Shown here in pieces: positions 34,903 through 46,244 of a stretch of DNA of 64,000 nucleotides. Below the pieces are notes generated by a model. It did no database searches, was not told the DNA's origin, and saw only the letters and a program-made list of their open reading frames with translations. A program made the position numbers and the translations under genes. Numbering within the stretch: position 1 is the stretch's first letter; every line of letters starts with the position of its first letter. Location of the stretch: positions 1,344,001 through 1,408,000 of the forward strand of contig OZ241329.1 in assembly GCA_965199825.1 (NCBI GenBank), written 5' to 3'. The stretch comes from Bdellovibrionales bacterium (GTDB taxonomy: Bacteria > Bdellovibrionota > Bdellovibrionia > Bdellovibrionales > UBA1609).

Positions 34903-36164
34903 GGCTTTAAGTCCTCAGCGATGCTGTCGATAAATGTGGACATCACCTGAGTGGTGGTCGGCATAGTGAGACCATCGTAAGATTGCCCGATCGTTTCGGT
35001 CAGTCCTTTTTTAGGGTGATCAATTCTTAAAATGGTAGAGTAAAGCCCTTTGTATTCAGGGATTGCGACGCTGCAGTAACGAACAACCAAGCGAACCTGA
35101 TTTCGATTTACAATATTTTTCGAATTGCATGTTTCGATAAGTTTTTTATTTTTCTGTTTCAGTAGTTTTTGCTCATATTGTTTTTTTATTTTTTCAAAAT
35201 GCAGTTTGATCGGATTCATCGACTTTTCGGTAGTTTTTGATTGAGTCACAAAGGTCATCATGCTTAAGGCATCGAGATCGGATCCAATCACAGCAAGACT
35301 CACATTTGGACATAAAAAGACTTTTGCAGAATCGGGTTTGTCATCAAGACTCCCTTGTCCACAAGAGGCATTTAACGGGGCCACAAACTGCAAAGAACCA
35401 AAGTGTTGAACAGGGCTCTGATCTATTTTTGATTTTAAAACACCCACTTTTTCTTGGGCTTCTATTTCATCAACCAAAAAAGCGCGCCAGGTGTTTGCAT
35501 CCAATTTTGGAAGTCGCTCCGCATTTTGCGACACGTGATGCACAGCCGACCACGGCGAAAAATAAGAAACACTTTGGGCTGCGGTTAAGATCGCACGATT
35601 CACAGCAATGACTTCGCCTTTAATATTGAGGCAAGGCCCACCACTCATCCCAGGATTGATCGGCACCGTTCCGGTCATCACGGGTGCAAAGCCCATATTG
35701 CGATTGAGATTTAAATTGCCTTGGACGAGTGTAAGACCTTCAGATTTTGGATAACCAAACGAATAAATATTCTCGCCAGGATGTTCTACCAACTCCGCAG
35801 CGACTGTAAGTACATTTTTAAATTTTTGGTCAATCTTGATCAGTGCTAAATCGTTAACCGCGTCAATGTAAACAACCTGACTCTTAATCATTTTATTTTC
35901 AAACTCTAAAACCAGCTCATACTTGAGCGGCTGTTCAACAACCTTTGCCACCACATGAAAATTGGTTAGCAAATAACCACTTTCAAGAATCGAAAATGCG
36001 GTTCCGTGTTCTGATTCCGACTGCACTCCAATTTCTCGGGTGCGCAACGGGAAAACTGTCCCGCTCGCCTTGGCAAATAGCTGCTCTGAGGTCAAAGACA
36101 GCGCCACATTCTGTGCGTAGAGCGCGGGGCTTAAAAGAGTGAAAATCAAAGTTGATAAGAGCAT
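34899..36164 (-). CDS. secreted trypsin-like (S1C-like) serine protease
   Basis: TNFHV, NDLAL, INPGMSGGP catalytic triad; signal peptide. Confidence 0.88.
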   Translation of the reverse strand: MLLSTLIFTLLSPALYAQNVALSLTSEQLFAKASGTVFPLRTREIGVQSESEHGTAFSILESGYLLTNFHVVAKVVEQPLKYELVLEFENKMIKSQVVYIDAVNDLALIKIDQKFKNVLTVAAELVEHPGENIYSFGYPKSEGLTLVQGNLNLNRNMGFAPVMTGTVPINPGMSGGPCLNIKGEVIAVNRAILTAAQSVSYFSPWSAVHHVSQNAERLPKLDANTWRAFLVDEIEAQEKVGVLKSKIDQSPVQHFGSLQFVAPLNASCGQGSLDDKPDSAKVFLCPNVSLAVIGSDLDALSMMTFVTQSKTTEKSMNPIKLHFEKIKKQYEQKLLKQKNKKLIETCNSKNIVNRNQVRLVVRYCSVAIPEYKGLYSTILRIDHPKKGLTETIGQSYDGLTMPTTTQVMSTFIDSIAEDLKP

Positions 36165-36342
36165 AGATTAGCTTCGGAATATTCATGCCTCCACTAAATA
36201 AAAACAGCGCACTAAAATGAGACAAAAGATCGAGAACTGTCGAATCGATGAAGTACTTTAAGGGCGAAATCATCTTTCATTAAGAGCGCGCCAAGAAGAG
36301 ATACCGTCGCACTCAGTGCACAGCCTTCTGGTTCCATCAACT

Positions 36343-37242
36343 TTATTCTTCACCTTTGCCTCCACATTTAAAGCTTTGGTTTGAGCAAATAAGCTGATCA
36401 TTAAAATTTCCTTTGTCGAGAGCACGCACAATGTCGATAAATTCGGTGATCAACATCACGTTTTCAAACCCAAAGGTTGTCTCGGCAGAAAGCCCTTTGG
36501 CAAGATCAGAAATAAATTTTAAAATAAGCTCGCGGTTAAAAATATGATTTTCGCTTAAAAATAATTTTAACAAATTTAGAAAGTGGAGTTGATCTCGCGA
36601 CGAAACCCCATGGGGGATCGTCAATCCAAAATCCTCGATGTATCTCTGCTCAGAAATTTCTTTTATTAAAATTCCATCTAGATGATCAATCTCATGCTGA
36701 ACAACAATGGCCATTCGTCCGCTGGTGGTGAGTGTGACTGGCAGTCCCTGGGAGTTGAGGTAGTGTATCTGAATAGTGCGCCACCTCGCCACCGCATACC
36801 GCTCCTTGAGCGAAGCACACCCTTCGCGAGAAAGCACCTGATCCGCATCCGACGGATGATAGGTCGGATTGATCATCAAAATATTTTTGCCAAACACCGG
36901 ATCCTTCGGAAAATTTTTGTCATAACGTTTTGCAAACGCGACCCTCCATGGCACATTCAGCTGTGGAGCAGCCACACCCGCACGACCCGATAATCGTTTT
37001 GCAAAAAATTTTATAAACTGAATAAATTTTGGGCTTAAAAATATATCAGGATTGAGCGCCAGCGCACTCTCTTTAAGAATAGGAGCCGTTTCAGTAAGGA
37101 ATGGTTCGGCAACTCTCTTGATCGCTTGTTCAATTGAAATTCCGCCGAGGACGAAGCGACACGGCTCTTGCGCACCATAAGCGCCAACTTCAATAAAGAT
37201 ATGCAAAAGCAATAATGAAAAAAGAAATTTGTGCCTGAGCAA
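36343..37242 (-). CDS. peptide deformylase-domain protein with signal peptide and C-terminal extension
   Basis: GVAAPQ, EGCAS, QHEIDHLDG motifs; TTG start with GAGGAG RBS. Confidence 0.85.
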   Translation of the reverse strand: MLRHKFLFSLLLLHIFIEVGAYGAQEPCRFVLGGISIEQAIKRVAEPFLTETAPILKESALALNPDIFLSPKFIQFIKFFAKRLSGRAGVAAPQLNVPWRVAFAKRYDKNFPKDPVFGKNILMINPTYHPSDADQVLSREGCASLKERYAVARWRTIQIHYLNSQGLPVTLTTSGRMAIVVQHEIDHLDGILIKEISEQRYIEDFGLTIPHGVSSRDQLHFLNLLKLFLSENHIFNRELILKFISDLAKGLSAETTFGFENVMLITEFIDIVRALDKGNFNDQLICSNQSFKCGGKGEE

Positions 37243-37354
37243 ATCTTGAATCTCCTCGGTTTCGTAGGGCCTCCTTTATCTGCTTTTAAGGGGGCAGTAT
37301 AGCAACAACAAAAACCGCTTTCTTCTTTTTGAGCGAGACAGTACATCATTCTTT

Positions 37355-38464
37355 ATGGGTATACGATTTTGTTTATTGCTCTGTATTTTAAGCCCCCCCT
37401 GCTTGGCAGAATTTTGTAGCACTCTTTTACAAAAACCTTTGCCCACATGGTGGCAATCGCGGTCCAAACAAAAAGTATTGAATATTCAATCCAAAACATT
37501 TTGGCTTAATACCCAAATGCCTTGGCCCACCTCAATCTCAAGTGACTCGCGCCACAAATCTGGAAAATCAAAGTGGATTGCGCTGTATCGCGATCACACA
37601 GGCTCTGATTTTAATCTGGTCAAAACCGATGTTGGACAAAATGGATTTATTGATGGCAACTCCCATTTTGCGGGGCTTATCGAAAGGTATCCGCGATTTG
37701 CGAGGCAATACGAAATTTATCGTGCGGGAGATTGGCTTTCGCTTTTTCCAAGCACATAGGTTTTAAACCAAGCTCTCCAACAGCAGTCTCAAATCCTGAT
37801 TCGCTTTAAAGATTTTGGGTCTCCATCAACCCAAAATGTCTCATTTCATTATTTTAAAAAACGCTATGAGTTCTCGTCGCAATTGGCTTTTGAGAACCTC
37901 TTAAAAAAACAGGTTTTGTTAGCTGCAGATAGCTCACTGTGGCTTCATGATCGCTATGGTCATTTCGCCGGATATTTATTGATGGGTCAAAAGCGAATCT
38001 TTGAAGCCTACTGGCAAAAACTCAATTTTGTTGAGCAGCTATCAAATTTTTTAGTGTTTGATCTCAAAACAGATTTAGACCTAAAAGATCTCAAATCTGA
38101 ATTGGCAAAAATGTGGGATTACGCAACAGACGATTTTATTTTAGAGTTTGATCCGCAAGATCCAACAAGCATTGATAAAGCCGCGATGGCCATCCTCTTT
38201 CTTACTGGGACTGAGCGAAGCCAAATCGAATCTCGACTCCAATTTATACTCACCCCAAAATCTTTGCCGGTTGAAACATATGCGCCGCTTGCTCAGATGG
38301 CAGTGCAAATTCTTGAGAGCTTAAAGCCAAAATTGAACACAAACGAATTTGCTCAAGCATTTGCAAAATCAGAACAGCTTGTGAGCGAGGGGAGTCATTT
38401 TGAAATATCGATGGCTGAGGCGCGAGCGATGGTAAAAGAATTTATTGCTGGACTTTATAACTAA
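37355..38464 (+). pseudogene. hypothetical secreted protein split by a single in-frame TAG
   Basis: ORFs 37355-37759 and 37883-38464 are in the same frame, with an open 41-codon linker after the TAG at 37757-37759. Confidence 0.75.
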
Positions 38465-39444
38465 TTTTCTAAACTTTGTTCTTCAAAACCCATTTGGCTT
38501 TTTAAGATTTTTTTCATACCCGCGATATAGGGCCGGCTTACAATAACCAAAATAATGTTCTGCTCTCGATGCCGCTCAAATGCAGCTGTGATATTTTTAA
38601 CCATGGTCTGATTGCGACCGCGATACAGATAAGACTGAAATAACAAACTCGTGTTACGTAATCTGTTGCTAATTGTTCTAAAAACAAGCTGTGTTCCCGC
38701 CAAAGCCAAAATAGGAGTAGTCACACCTCCTGTAGCGGCGCTAATGGCATTTCCTGGAAAAGGCAAATCGAGAGCCGCCGCGCCAAGCGCTCCTACACCT
38801 AACAAGAAACTTGTTGGCAACAAAACCGACTGAAGATTTTGAGCCAATCCTGGGCGATGATCTGCCTGAAGATGAACGTTGATGATTGGATGAGTTTTAA
38901 GCTTTGCGCTGAATTCAGGGTAAGACACTTGATATCCATCAATTGTGACAACGATCGATTCCAAATCTTGTTGTGAGAGTTCCTCTTCACTTATGTAATT
39001 GTCGATTCGGGCTAACATTTTTTGCAAGACCGCCGTCTCTTCGGGATCATCATCTGTGTCGTCTTGATCTTGTTCTTCTAATGAAGTGGTCAAAACAAAT
39101 GGGTAGATAAGGTCTAGAGACCGAGCAAGAATTTTGCTGCCCCAAGTTCTGTCGGTGCGCACTCCCTCAAAACCGCGAAAATGAAATTCACTGGTTATCG
39201 CTTGCTTCGAGTCTTTAAGGTTCGTCTTACCTAAAAATACAATCGTTCGCTCTTTATCAGCAATACGGCCCGTTAAGATTTCAACTTGATAATCATTTTT
39301 GGCCTGGAGGAGTAAATCTCGTTGAGAATCTTGAAGATGAATTTTTAGCAGATTTTCACAGGAAGTGCCGGCGTGAGATGGAGTCAAAAACAAAAGGCCC
39401 AATGCCCAGGTGAGATTTTTAATAATGGGCTTCATTTTTTTCAT
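38461..39444 (-). CDS. hypothetical secreted protein, TraB/GumN-like C-terminus
   Basis: signal peptide then SCENLLK; RNQTMVKNI...ILVIVSRPYIAGM resembles a degenerate TraB end. Confidence 0.6.
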   Translation of the reverse strand: MKKMKPIIKNLTWALGLLFLTPSHAGTSCENLLKIHLQDSQRDLLLQAKNDYQVEILTGRIADKERTIVFLGKTNLKDSKQAITSEFHFRGFEGVRTDRTWGSKILARSLDLIYPFVLTTSLEEQDQDDTDDDPEETAVLQKMLARIDNYISEEELSQQDLESIVVTIDGYQVSYPEFSAKLKTHPIINVHLQADHRPGLAQNLQSVLLPTSFLLGVGALGAAALDLPFPGNAISAATGGVTTPILALAGTQLVFRTISNRLRNTSLLFQSYLYRGRNQTMVKNITAAFERHREQNIILVIVSRPYIAGMKKILKSQMGFEEQSLEN

Positions 39445-39606
39445 ATGCGGCATAATATGCAAAAAAGGGTGCAAGCTTAAGTATAAAATATTGAGCACGC
39501 CATTTTTTTACACCTCAGCCATTCCGGTGTGCCACAAAGTACAAACCCATTATTTTAGGATAAATAAAAATTGTAGGGTCAAAGGATTAAGTGTTAGTCA
39601 AAAACA

Positions 39607-40428
39607 ATGACCAATCTTAAAAATTTTCTGATCACTTTTATCGCTTTAACTTCCCAAGCCTTCGCGACCACAAACACCGAATGCAATAGAGTTTTGGCTG
39701 GCCCAGTTGAACCATTTTTAAGTCATGAAACCCTGATGACCTATGGGTCAGGTGAGGTCAGATATCTTGATGGTTGTGCGATTTCGACAAATCATCACCT
39801 GCTCAAAAATTATTGCAATACGAATATCACTGGCCTCATCCGGAATATGGAACGCGACCGCTCAGCTCCAATTCCTTACCCTAAAGACAGCCACTCGCGA
39901 TTCTCGCTCTCTGCAAGATCTGAAATTACCGAGGATTTTGTGGTTCAGATTGATGAGCATTGGGGCAAGGAGCAGGGCGGATCAGAAATGACATTTCATC
40001 ATTTATTGCCTGTCAGATTTGTTCGAGGATCGTGGAAAGATTATTTGGCGGGTCGTTATGTTGAACTCGAAGTGACCGAGGAAGGGGCATTGAAAGCGAG
40101 CCGAAATCTTCAAGACATTTCTGATCTGGATCAGCTCTTAAAGCAACTTGCCGTAAAAAAAAGTTCGATAGTTAAAATAAAACAAAATCTGTTTGCCGGA
40201 TTCAATTTACCAGATGAAGAGGAAGATCAATTTTTAGATGTGATTCGCGCCTTTACTCAATTTGCCGAAAGCCGATACGAATTCTTTTTGGCAACTCCTG
40301 CGGTGTACATTCAACTAAAAGGAACGATGAGTGACATGACGATTCATTATCTGAACGATGTTACGATTCACGCTCTTGAGATTGTAGATCAAAATAGCGG
40401 TTTAAACACGGAGCGGTCGACTCAATAG
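39607..40428 (+). CDS. hypothetical secreted protein
   Basis: signal peptide ending AFA, then ECNRVLA. Confidence 0.7.
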   Translation: MTNLKNFLITFIALTSQAFATTNTECNRVLAGPVEPFLSHETLMTYGSGEVRYLDGCAISTNHHLLKNYCNTNITGLIRNMERDRSAPIPYPKDSHSRFSLSARSEITEDFVVQIDEHWGKEQGGSEMTFHHLLPVRFVRGSWKDYLAGRYVELEVTEEGALKASRNLQDISDLDQLLKQLAVKKSSIVKIKQNLFAGFNLPDEEEDQFLDVIRAFTQFAESRYEFFLATPAVYIQLKGTMSDMTIHYLNDVTIHALEIVDQNSGLNTERSTQ

Positions 40429-40505
40429 GAATCAGGGTTGATATGCGTAGGCTTTGGCAAGTTCACGGTGCCGCTTGATCATAAAGTTGATGAGTCTTCA
40501 TTTGA

Positions 40506-41129
40506 TTATTGAGCTTTTGTGACCTTGAGGTCATCTGCACAAGCTTCCAGCTCTTTTAGAATTTCGGTCATTTTGATTTGCTCTGGCGATGGATGTTGCG
40601 CAAGCGCTGCAACGGCTTCGGCCAAAGATAATTTTTGAAATTTGTCGAGTTTGAGGATCACAACCGCATTTTTTGCAGACAAGCCCCAGTCCGTTAAAAG
40701 ATCAAGGTTCAGATTTCGAAACGCATCATATTGATTGGCAGGGACATCGATTAACGACTCATCCATGCCAACAAAACGAGCAACCTGACGGTAATTACCT
40801 GCTTGGTGCCAATCATACATGCGCAAATTGCCAGGTGAAGCGAGTTTATAAATATCGAGTGTGCTGTGGGAGCCCTCAGTATTCGATAAAATAATTTTTA
40901 AAGGCTGACGAATAAACGCATTAAGCGCCGATTTTTTTGATTTATAAGCAATTTTTGAGGAGAGTGTGGGCCTGGGATCATTTGGTATAAACGAGTCGAC
41001 CACATAGAGCAGTTGATGATCGGTAAACTCCTCAACAATTGTTGTTGGGTCCACCAATGGAACATCAAAGTTTTGAGCACAAGCGCCACTAAAATGAAAA
41101 ATACAAAACGAGAGCAAAATGAATTTCAT
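40506..41129 (-). CDS. hypothetical secreted protein
   Basis: signal peptide; C-terminal ACADDLK. Confidence 0.65.
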   Translation of the reverse strand: MKFILLSFCIFHFSGACAQNFDVPLVDPTTIVEEFTDHQLLYVVDSFIPNDPRPTLSSKIAYKSKKSALNAFIRQPLKIILSNTEGSHSTLDIYKLASPGNLRMYDWHQAGNYRQVARFVGMDESLIDVPANQYDAFRNLNLDLLTDWGLSAKNAVVILKLDKFQKLSLAEAVAALAQHPSPEQIKMTEILKELEACADDLKVTKAQ

Positions 41130-41243
41130 AACAGCGGTTCTAGACCATCTTAGGTCGATCGACGCACTGGAAAGTTTATATTTTAGTTATTTAGTTACGA
41201 CCGTTTGAAGATGGCCGTTTAATCCAGTCTTAGAGATCTGATA

Positions 41244-42161
41244 TCAAAGCCTGAATTCGCTAAGCAGAGCTTTTAGCCTACGGCAATCGATTCCGTAGGA
41301 GCGACTACTCAAAACATTTTCGCTCTCAACACCTTGATAGGCATAATGATTTGCAGGCGTCGATCCGCTCAATAAAGAAATACTGACCACTCTGCCTTTA
41401 GAATTGAAGATGGGCCCGCCAGAATCTCCGGGTAAAGAATCGTGAGTCCCTGATAAATACCAATCGTGTTTACCTTCACCAACAACATTAAACACGCCGC
41501 CGTACACACCCTGACTCCAGCGTTTTGTGATGATAGCAGATTCTGATTCGTCTGCGATACTTGTCCTCAGCTTTAGCAACGGAAAACCAACCGTAAACAA
41601 GGGCTCGCCCACCGCCATATCGCAAGTTTTTGCCAATTCAACAGGTGAAGGAATATGGAAGTCCGATTCATTTTTGAGAGTGATAGAAAAAACTGCCGCA
41701 TCCCAATTTTTATTGCGATAAATGATGTTCATATTTTTATGGGATATCCCTCGTGTACGAAGGTTGTAATGATAAAATAGCAGATCAAATATTTTTACAA
41801 CCATGTCTGGCAGAGAATCAAAATCAATCGTCGAAGAGAGATCAAAATTAGAATAAACTGTTTGTGATTCGCAAACTGTATGCGCCGCGCAGGCCTTGTC
41901 CAGAATGTGATTTGCCGTAAGAAATTTGAGGGTTGTGTCTGTTGAGTTCCAACTTTTGCCAATCAGAAAAGCGGATCCAATATCAAAATTGTTTTGGCCA
42001 TCTTGTTGGTAGGGTCTTACAACCCCAAATGTCTGCCGCCAGACTTTTTGCACCGCAAGTGGAGCATCATTTGACGATGCTGAAAAACCTTCCCTTGCGG
42101 CGGCCTTTGGCAAAGCCAAAAAGCCAATCAGGAGCGTCGCGGTAGCCAAAACCTTTAACAT
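41244..42161 (-). CDS. secreted trypsin-like serine protease
   Basis: GSAF, LTANHI, WDAAV, GDSGGP; GAGG RBS. Confidence 0.88.
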   Translation of the reverse strand: MLKVLATATLLIGFLALPKAAAREGFSASSNDAPLAVQKVWRQTFGVVRPYQQDGQNNFDIGSAFLIGKSWNSTDTTLKFLTANHILDKACAAHTVCESQTVYSNFDLSSTIDFDSLPDMVVKIFDLLFYHYNLRTRGISHKNMNIIYRNKNWDAAVFSITLKNESDFHIPSPVELAKTCDMAVGEPLFTVGFPLLKLRTSIADESESAIITKRWSQGVYGGVFNVVGEGKHDWYLSGTHDSLPGDSGGPIFNSKGRVVSISLLSGSTPANHYAYQGVESENVLSSRSYGIDCRRLKALLSEFRL

Positions 42162-42231
42162 TTAAAACCTCGATAAGGTTTTAGCAAATCGAGGGCCGAT
42201 CGGGCTGAAATCTTACTTAAGCTGTTTTGTT

Positions 42232-43212
42232 TTACCGATTCACAGTCGACATATCAGGATACCGATCACCAACCGCACTTCCCCGCGGCATAACCTGATC
42301 AATCTTTTTCAGATCCTCAGAAGTTAAATAAACATCGAGAGCACCCATATTTTCATCAAGGCGTTTGCGTTGTTTGGTGCCCGGGATGGGCACGATGTCA
42401 TCACCTTGGGCCATCACCCAGGCGAGTGCCACTTGGGCTGCGGTTGCGTTTTTTTGTTTTGCGAGAGTTTCGATCTGATGAACGAGCTCAATATTTTTAT
42501 AAAAGTTTTCGCCCTGAAAGCGGGGGCTGTTGCGTCGGTAATCGCCTTCAGGAAAGTCTTCGGGTTTTTTATATTGGCCGGTTAAAAAACCACGACCAAG
42601 GGGACTGTAGGGAACAAAACCAATTTTAAGTTCTCTTAAAGTTTTTAAAATTTCATTTTCGGGATCTCTGGTCCAAAGCGAATATTCCGATTGCAAAGCA
42701 GAAATGGAATGAATCTTGTGAGCACGACGAATGGTTTCTGGTTTGGCTTCTGACATTCCGAGATAGCGGACCTTGCCCTCTTTGACCAATTCAGCCATCG
42801 CTCCAATCGTCTCTTCTATTTCGACATCGAGATCAACCCGGTGTTGGTAGTAAAGATCAATCACATCCACGCCTAAACGCTTTAAAGAATCTTCGCAGCA
42901 CTTTTTGACGTAGGCAGGTTTACCGCTAATCCCTAAAAATTTGCCATCGTCGGCGCGTTGATTTCCAAATTTGGTTGCGATCACAACTTGATCGCGTCGA
43001 TCTTTGATTGCTTTGCCGATGAGGAATTCATTTGTATAGGGGCCGTACATATCGGCGGTATCCAAAAATGTAAGACCATGATCAAGAGCATGATGAATTG
43101 TTGCGATCGATTCTTTGTCGTCGCGGCTTGAATAAAAATCAGACATACCCATGCAGCCTAAACCCATGCGCGAAACTTTTAATCCTTGGTTTCCGAGTGC
43201 TACTGTTTTCAT
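42232..43212 (-). CDS. aldo/keto reductase
   Basis: [43 protein letters not shown]. Confidence 0.96.
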   Translation of the reverse strand: MKTVALGNQGLKVSRMGLGCMGMSDFYSSRDDKESIATIHHALDHGLTFLDTADMYGPYTNEFLIGKAIKDRRDQVVIATKFGNQRADDGKFLGISGKPAYVKKCCEDSLKRLGVDVIDLYYQHRVDLDVEIEETIGAMAELVKEGKVRYLGMSEAKPETIRRAHKIHSISALQSEYSLWTRDPENEILKTLRELKIGFVPYSPLGRGFLTGQYKKPEDFPEGDYRRNSPRFQGENFYKNIELVHQIETLAKQKNATAAQVALAWVMAQGDDIVPIPGTKQRKRLDENMGALDVYLTSEDLKKIDQVMPRGSAVGDRYPDMSTVNR

Positions 43213-43222
43213 CGAAATCTCC

Positions 43223-44314
43223 TTATTGAATCAGTTTGTAACCTTTGAGCATCGCAATAAAGGGTGGCGCAATGCCCACCGCTTTTGCTTCCTCTTCACT
43301 CAACGGAAATGGTTTAGGCTTAAAATCAGGTTCAACAGCTTTTAGCGGCCAGTCGGGTGTGCTAATCGCAATTTTTCCGAGGGCCACGAGATCGGCACCT
43401 TCATTTAATGCAAATTCGGCATGCTTTGGTTCTTTCACACCTCCACACATCATCAATGCGATTTGTGGAGGGACCACTGATCTTAAGCGGCGAATGTTTG
43501 ATTCTTTGCTGTCCGCATATTTCCATGAGACCGCTGCGACATCGCTTGCAGAAATATGAATGTAATCCACATCAAGTTTCACAAGCCACTCAATCACTTG
43601 TTTTGTTTCGTCGATATCAAACCCTTTTTGGGCTGGCGCATCTTCGGCGAGCAGTCGCACGCCTACGATAAAATCTTTTGGCATCGCCTTTTTTATTTCA
43701 CTCACTGTTTGTATCAAAAATCGGGCACGATTTTCGAGCGAGCCGCCCCAGCGATCGGTGCGCTTATTATTTATTGTATTTAAAAATTGGGTAAACAAAT
43801 ATCCATTAGCACCATGAACCTCGATCCCTGAGAGGCCGGCTTGATGGGCGCGTTTTGCGGCAGACACAAAATGTGCGATGATCTCTAAGATTTCTTTTTC
43901 TTCAAGTGCACGCGGCATTTCGAAATCCGGAAAATCAAGAGTGACCGCGCTCGGTGCAGTGGGTTGCACCCCAGTCAGATTCCTTGGACTTCGAACTCCA
44001 CCATGAAAAAGCTGAAGCACCGTCAGAGCATTTTGTTTTTTGCCGATGTCTGCAAGTTTTTTAAAGCCGTCGATGTGGGCATCAGAAAAACACCCGAGCT
44101 GACCCTCCCAAGCTTTTGCGGTGGGTTGCACGTGACTCGCAGCAGAGATCAGCATTCCGAACCCACCTTTGGCACGAAGATCGAGCCAGTGAAGTTCAGC
44201 AGTGCTGAGTGTGCCGTCTTGATGACTTTGAGAGTTGGTCATTGGAGCAAGCACGATTCGATTTTTTTGCGAGACACCGTTTGGAAACTGAAATGATTTT
44301 GTGAATTTTTGCAT
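43223..44314 (-). CDS. NADH:flavin oxidoreductase (old yellow enzyme family)
   Basis: [33 protein letters not shown]. Confidence 0.95.
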   Translation of the reverse strand: MQKFTKSFQFPNGVSQKNRIVLAPMTNSQSHQDGTLSTAELHWLDLRAKGGFGMLISAASHVQPTAKAWEGQLGCFSDAHIDGFKKLADIGKKQNALTVLQLFHGGVRSPRNLTGVQPTAPSAVTLDFPDFEMPRALEEKEILEIIAHFVSAAKRAHQAGLSGIEVHGANGYLFTQFLNTINNKRTDRWGGSLENRARFLIQTVSEIKKAMPKDFIVGVRLLAEDAPAQKGFDIDETKQVIEWLVKLDVDYIHISASDVAAVSWKYADSKESNIRRLRSVVPPQIALMMCGGVKEPKHAEFALNEGADLVALGKIAISTPDWPLKAVEPDFKPKPFPLSEEEAKAVGIAPPFIAMLKGYKLIQ

Positions 44315-44379
44315 AGTCGGGCCCTTTCTGATTTCAGCTTTCCATCAGGCCCTTTTTTTTATCTGTTGTGTAGTCCGGT

Positions 44380-44811
44380 TTATATCTGAAGCCGAAGTTC
44401 TTTTGATAAGGATCTCACTTGATCGTGATCCAGCTTTGTAGCATCAGGCCATTCGGTGATTTTATGGCCCCAATATTCTTTTGGAGTATTTTTAAATCGC
44501 GGCACAATATGAAAATGAAAATGAGCCACTTTGTCATTAATTCGAAAAACATAAGCATGTTCGGCGCCTAAAAATTTTGTAAGCAGCTTTATGCTTTTAC
44601 AAATGAGTAATCCTAATGCTTGCGCCTCGGCCTCACTGATTTCATCGGCAGCAACAATGTGGCGCTTTGCTTCGATCAACAAATGTCCCTTATTGGCTTT
44701 TTGACCGTCGATAATAGGAAAATGCGACACCACAAAGCCCTCGCCCTCGGCAATGGGAACACCAGTGACTTGATCAAAATCTTTATGCTTTTCACACACC
44801 ATGCAATCCAT
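44380..44811 (-). CDS. HIT family protein
   Basis: DCMVC, GHLLI..KRH, HFHFHIVPR. Confidence 0.9.
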   Translation of the reverse strand: MDCMVCEKHKDFDQVTGVPIAEGEGFVVSHFPIIDGQKANKGHLLIEAKRHIVAADEISEAEAQALGLLICKSIKLLTKFLGAEHAYVFRINDKVAHFHFHIVPRFKNTPKEYWGHKITEWPDATKLDHDQVRSLSKELRLQI

Positions 44812-44905
44812 GACGTTTGTTCAATCATAGACTATCGTGGGGATACAAAGAAAAAGTTATAGAGCAAGCTCACGGACTAGGTTTTGCATTCATCAGAGGA
44901 TATCT

Positions 44906-45643
44906 ATGTTTAAAAAATTAAGTTTTTGTATTGTGGTTTTATTTGTTCTTCCGGTTTTGGCAGAAGAATGCCCACGTCGCATTGTGTTTTTGCCTGAGAG
45001 CCACATGGTTGACCAAATCACCGGGCAAAAAATGGCCGAAGATCAATTCGATCCAGTCGCCGAGTCTCAAGCCAAGGTTGCAAGATATATCGAAGGCTCG
45101 TCTAAAACTCCGGTCTTTACCGAGCACGCAGCGATCACCGATTTTGATCTTGAAAATATGCCGAAGGAAGAAGTCGAAAATCTTCAGGCCCTCTATACGC
45201 AACTTTTTCCAAACGGCATTTCGCCCAATTATAACGTCCTCACAAAAGAACAAAAACAAAGTTTGATCGATGTGGGTGGAGATTTTGTTCAATTGATCCG
45301 TGAAAAAACCAGATCTTTACGGCACGTGATCGAGAATGAAGAAGAGCTAAATAAAATTTATAAACCCATCGTGGAGTGGGCCAAAACAAATAATGTCTCA
45401 GAAGTTCCCTATCCGCCAGAGATCGGCGCCCTTGCTTACGGGGAGCGAGAGCGAGCGGCACTCCGTCAAATTAAAAAATATTTTGATCAAAACACCAATC
45501 ACACCGAAGTGATTTTAGTTTTTGGTCATGATGCTAATTTTAGTTTTTATCCTGATCTCTTTGATCCAAAATGTATCTCAACCCCTGAAGAATTTTTGCC
45601 CGATTGGCGCGGCGAAAAGCGATCAGGCCCTAAAGGATTTTGA
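44906..45643 (+). CDS. hypothetical secreted protein
   Basis: GAGG RBS, signal peptide MFKKLS...VLA; ESH and VFGHD motifs. Confidence 0.7.
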   Translation: MFKKLSFCIVVLFVLPVLAEECPRRIVFLPESHMVDQITGQKMAEDQFDPVAESQAKVARYIEGSSKTPVFTEHAAITDFDLENMPKEEVENLQALYTQLFPNGISPNYNVLTKEQKQSLIDVGGDFVQLIREKTRSLRHVIENEEELNKIYKPIVEWAKTNNVSEVPYPPEIGALAYGERERAALRQIKKYFDQNTNHTEVILVFGHDANFSFYPDLFDPKCISTPEEFLPDWRGEKRSGPKGF

Positions 45644-45644
45644 T

Positions 45645-46178
45645 TTAAATTTTAGGCTTTTTAATTTCGATCAGAATTTCATTTCTGCGTAAAAACGGTA
45701 AGGTCCATGGAGGATTGTAGCGGGCAAAATTAGGCTCGCCCAAGGGTTCAAACTGTTTTTGTTTGATCCAGCTCTTGAGCTCTTCTAAATGTTTTTGATA
45801 CGTCGACTCTTTCCACGTGCCACTTGAACGAATACTCGCAAAAGTTTTTGCGGGCTCTTTTTCTATTTTTACATTTTGATCATTCGGAACGGGGAGAGTC
45901 TCTAAGCTAAACTCTTTGGGCATCGTAAAGGTGATCGCAAATTTATTATTTTGATGGGTTGATTCTTTTTCCATTCCCACCGGAGTGGTCATGGCAATTT
46001 TTTGGCTCTTCGAATTACCGCCAAATATAAATCCAGCCAACCGCTTAAAACCTATTTTGGTTGCCGTATCAAATTCGCTTTCCACAATTGTTTTGGCAAC
46101 CACCCGCGGCGAATACTCTCGCACCTCAAAATTTTTTTCTTTGAATACCACATCATACTTTGGAGTTTCGCTTGCCAA
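45645..46178 (-). CDS. SOUL heme-binding family protein
   Basis: E.PKY.V, FEVREY, GFKRLAGFIFGGN, KIAMTTPV, ARYNPPWTLPFLRRNEI. Confidence 0.92.
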   Translation of the reverse strand: MASETPKYDVVFKEKNFEVREYSPRVVAKTIVESEFDTATKIGFKRLAGFIFGGNSKSQKIAMTTPVGMEKESTHQNNKFAITFTMPKEFSLETLPVPNDQNVKIEKEPAKTFASIRSSGTWKESTYQKHLEELKSWIKQKQFEPLGEPNFARYNPPWTLPFLRRNEILIEIKKPKI

Positions 46179-46244
46179 GGGAAGACCTCTTATTTGTTAA
46201 AGTTGATCTATGATGATACTGATTTGAGATCAAAAGGAGTTTTT

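Noticed and set aside
42388..43730. Isolated GGGCACGA hits in the AKR and OYE genes
   Set aside because: Single 8-mers inside conserved coding motifs; consistent with background.
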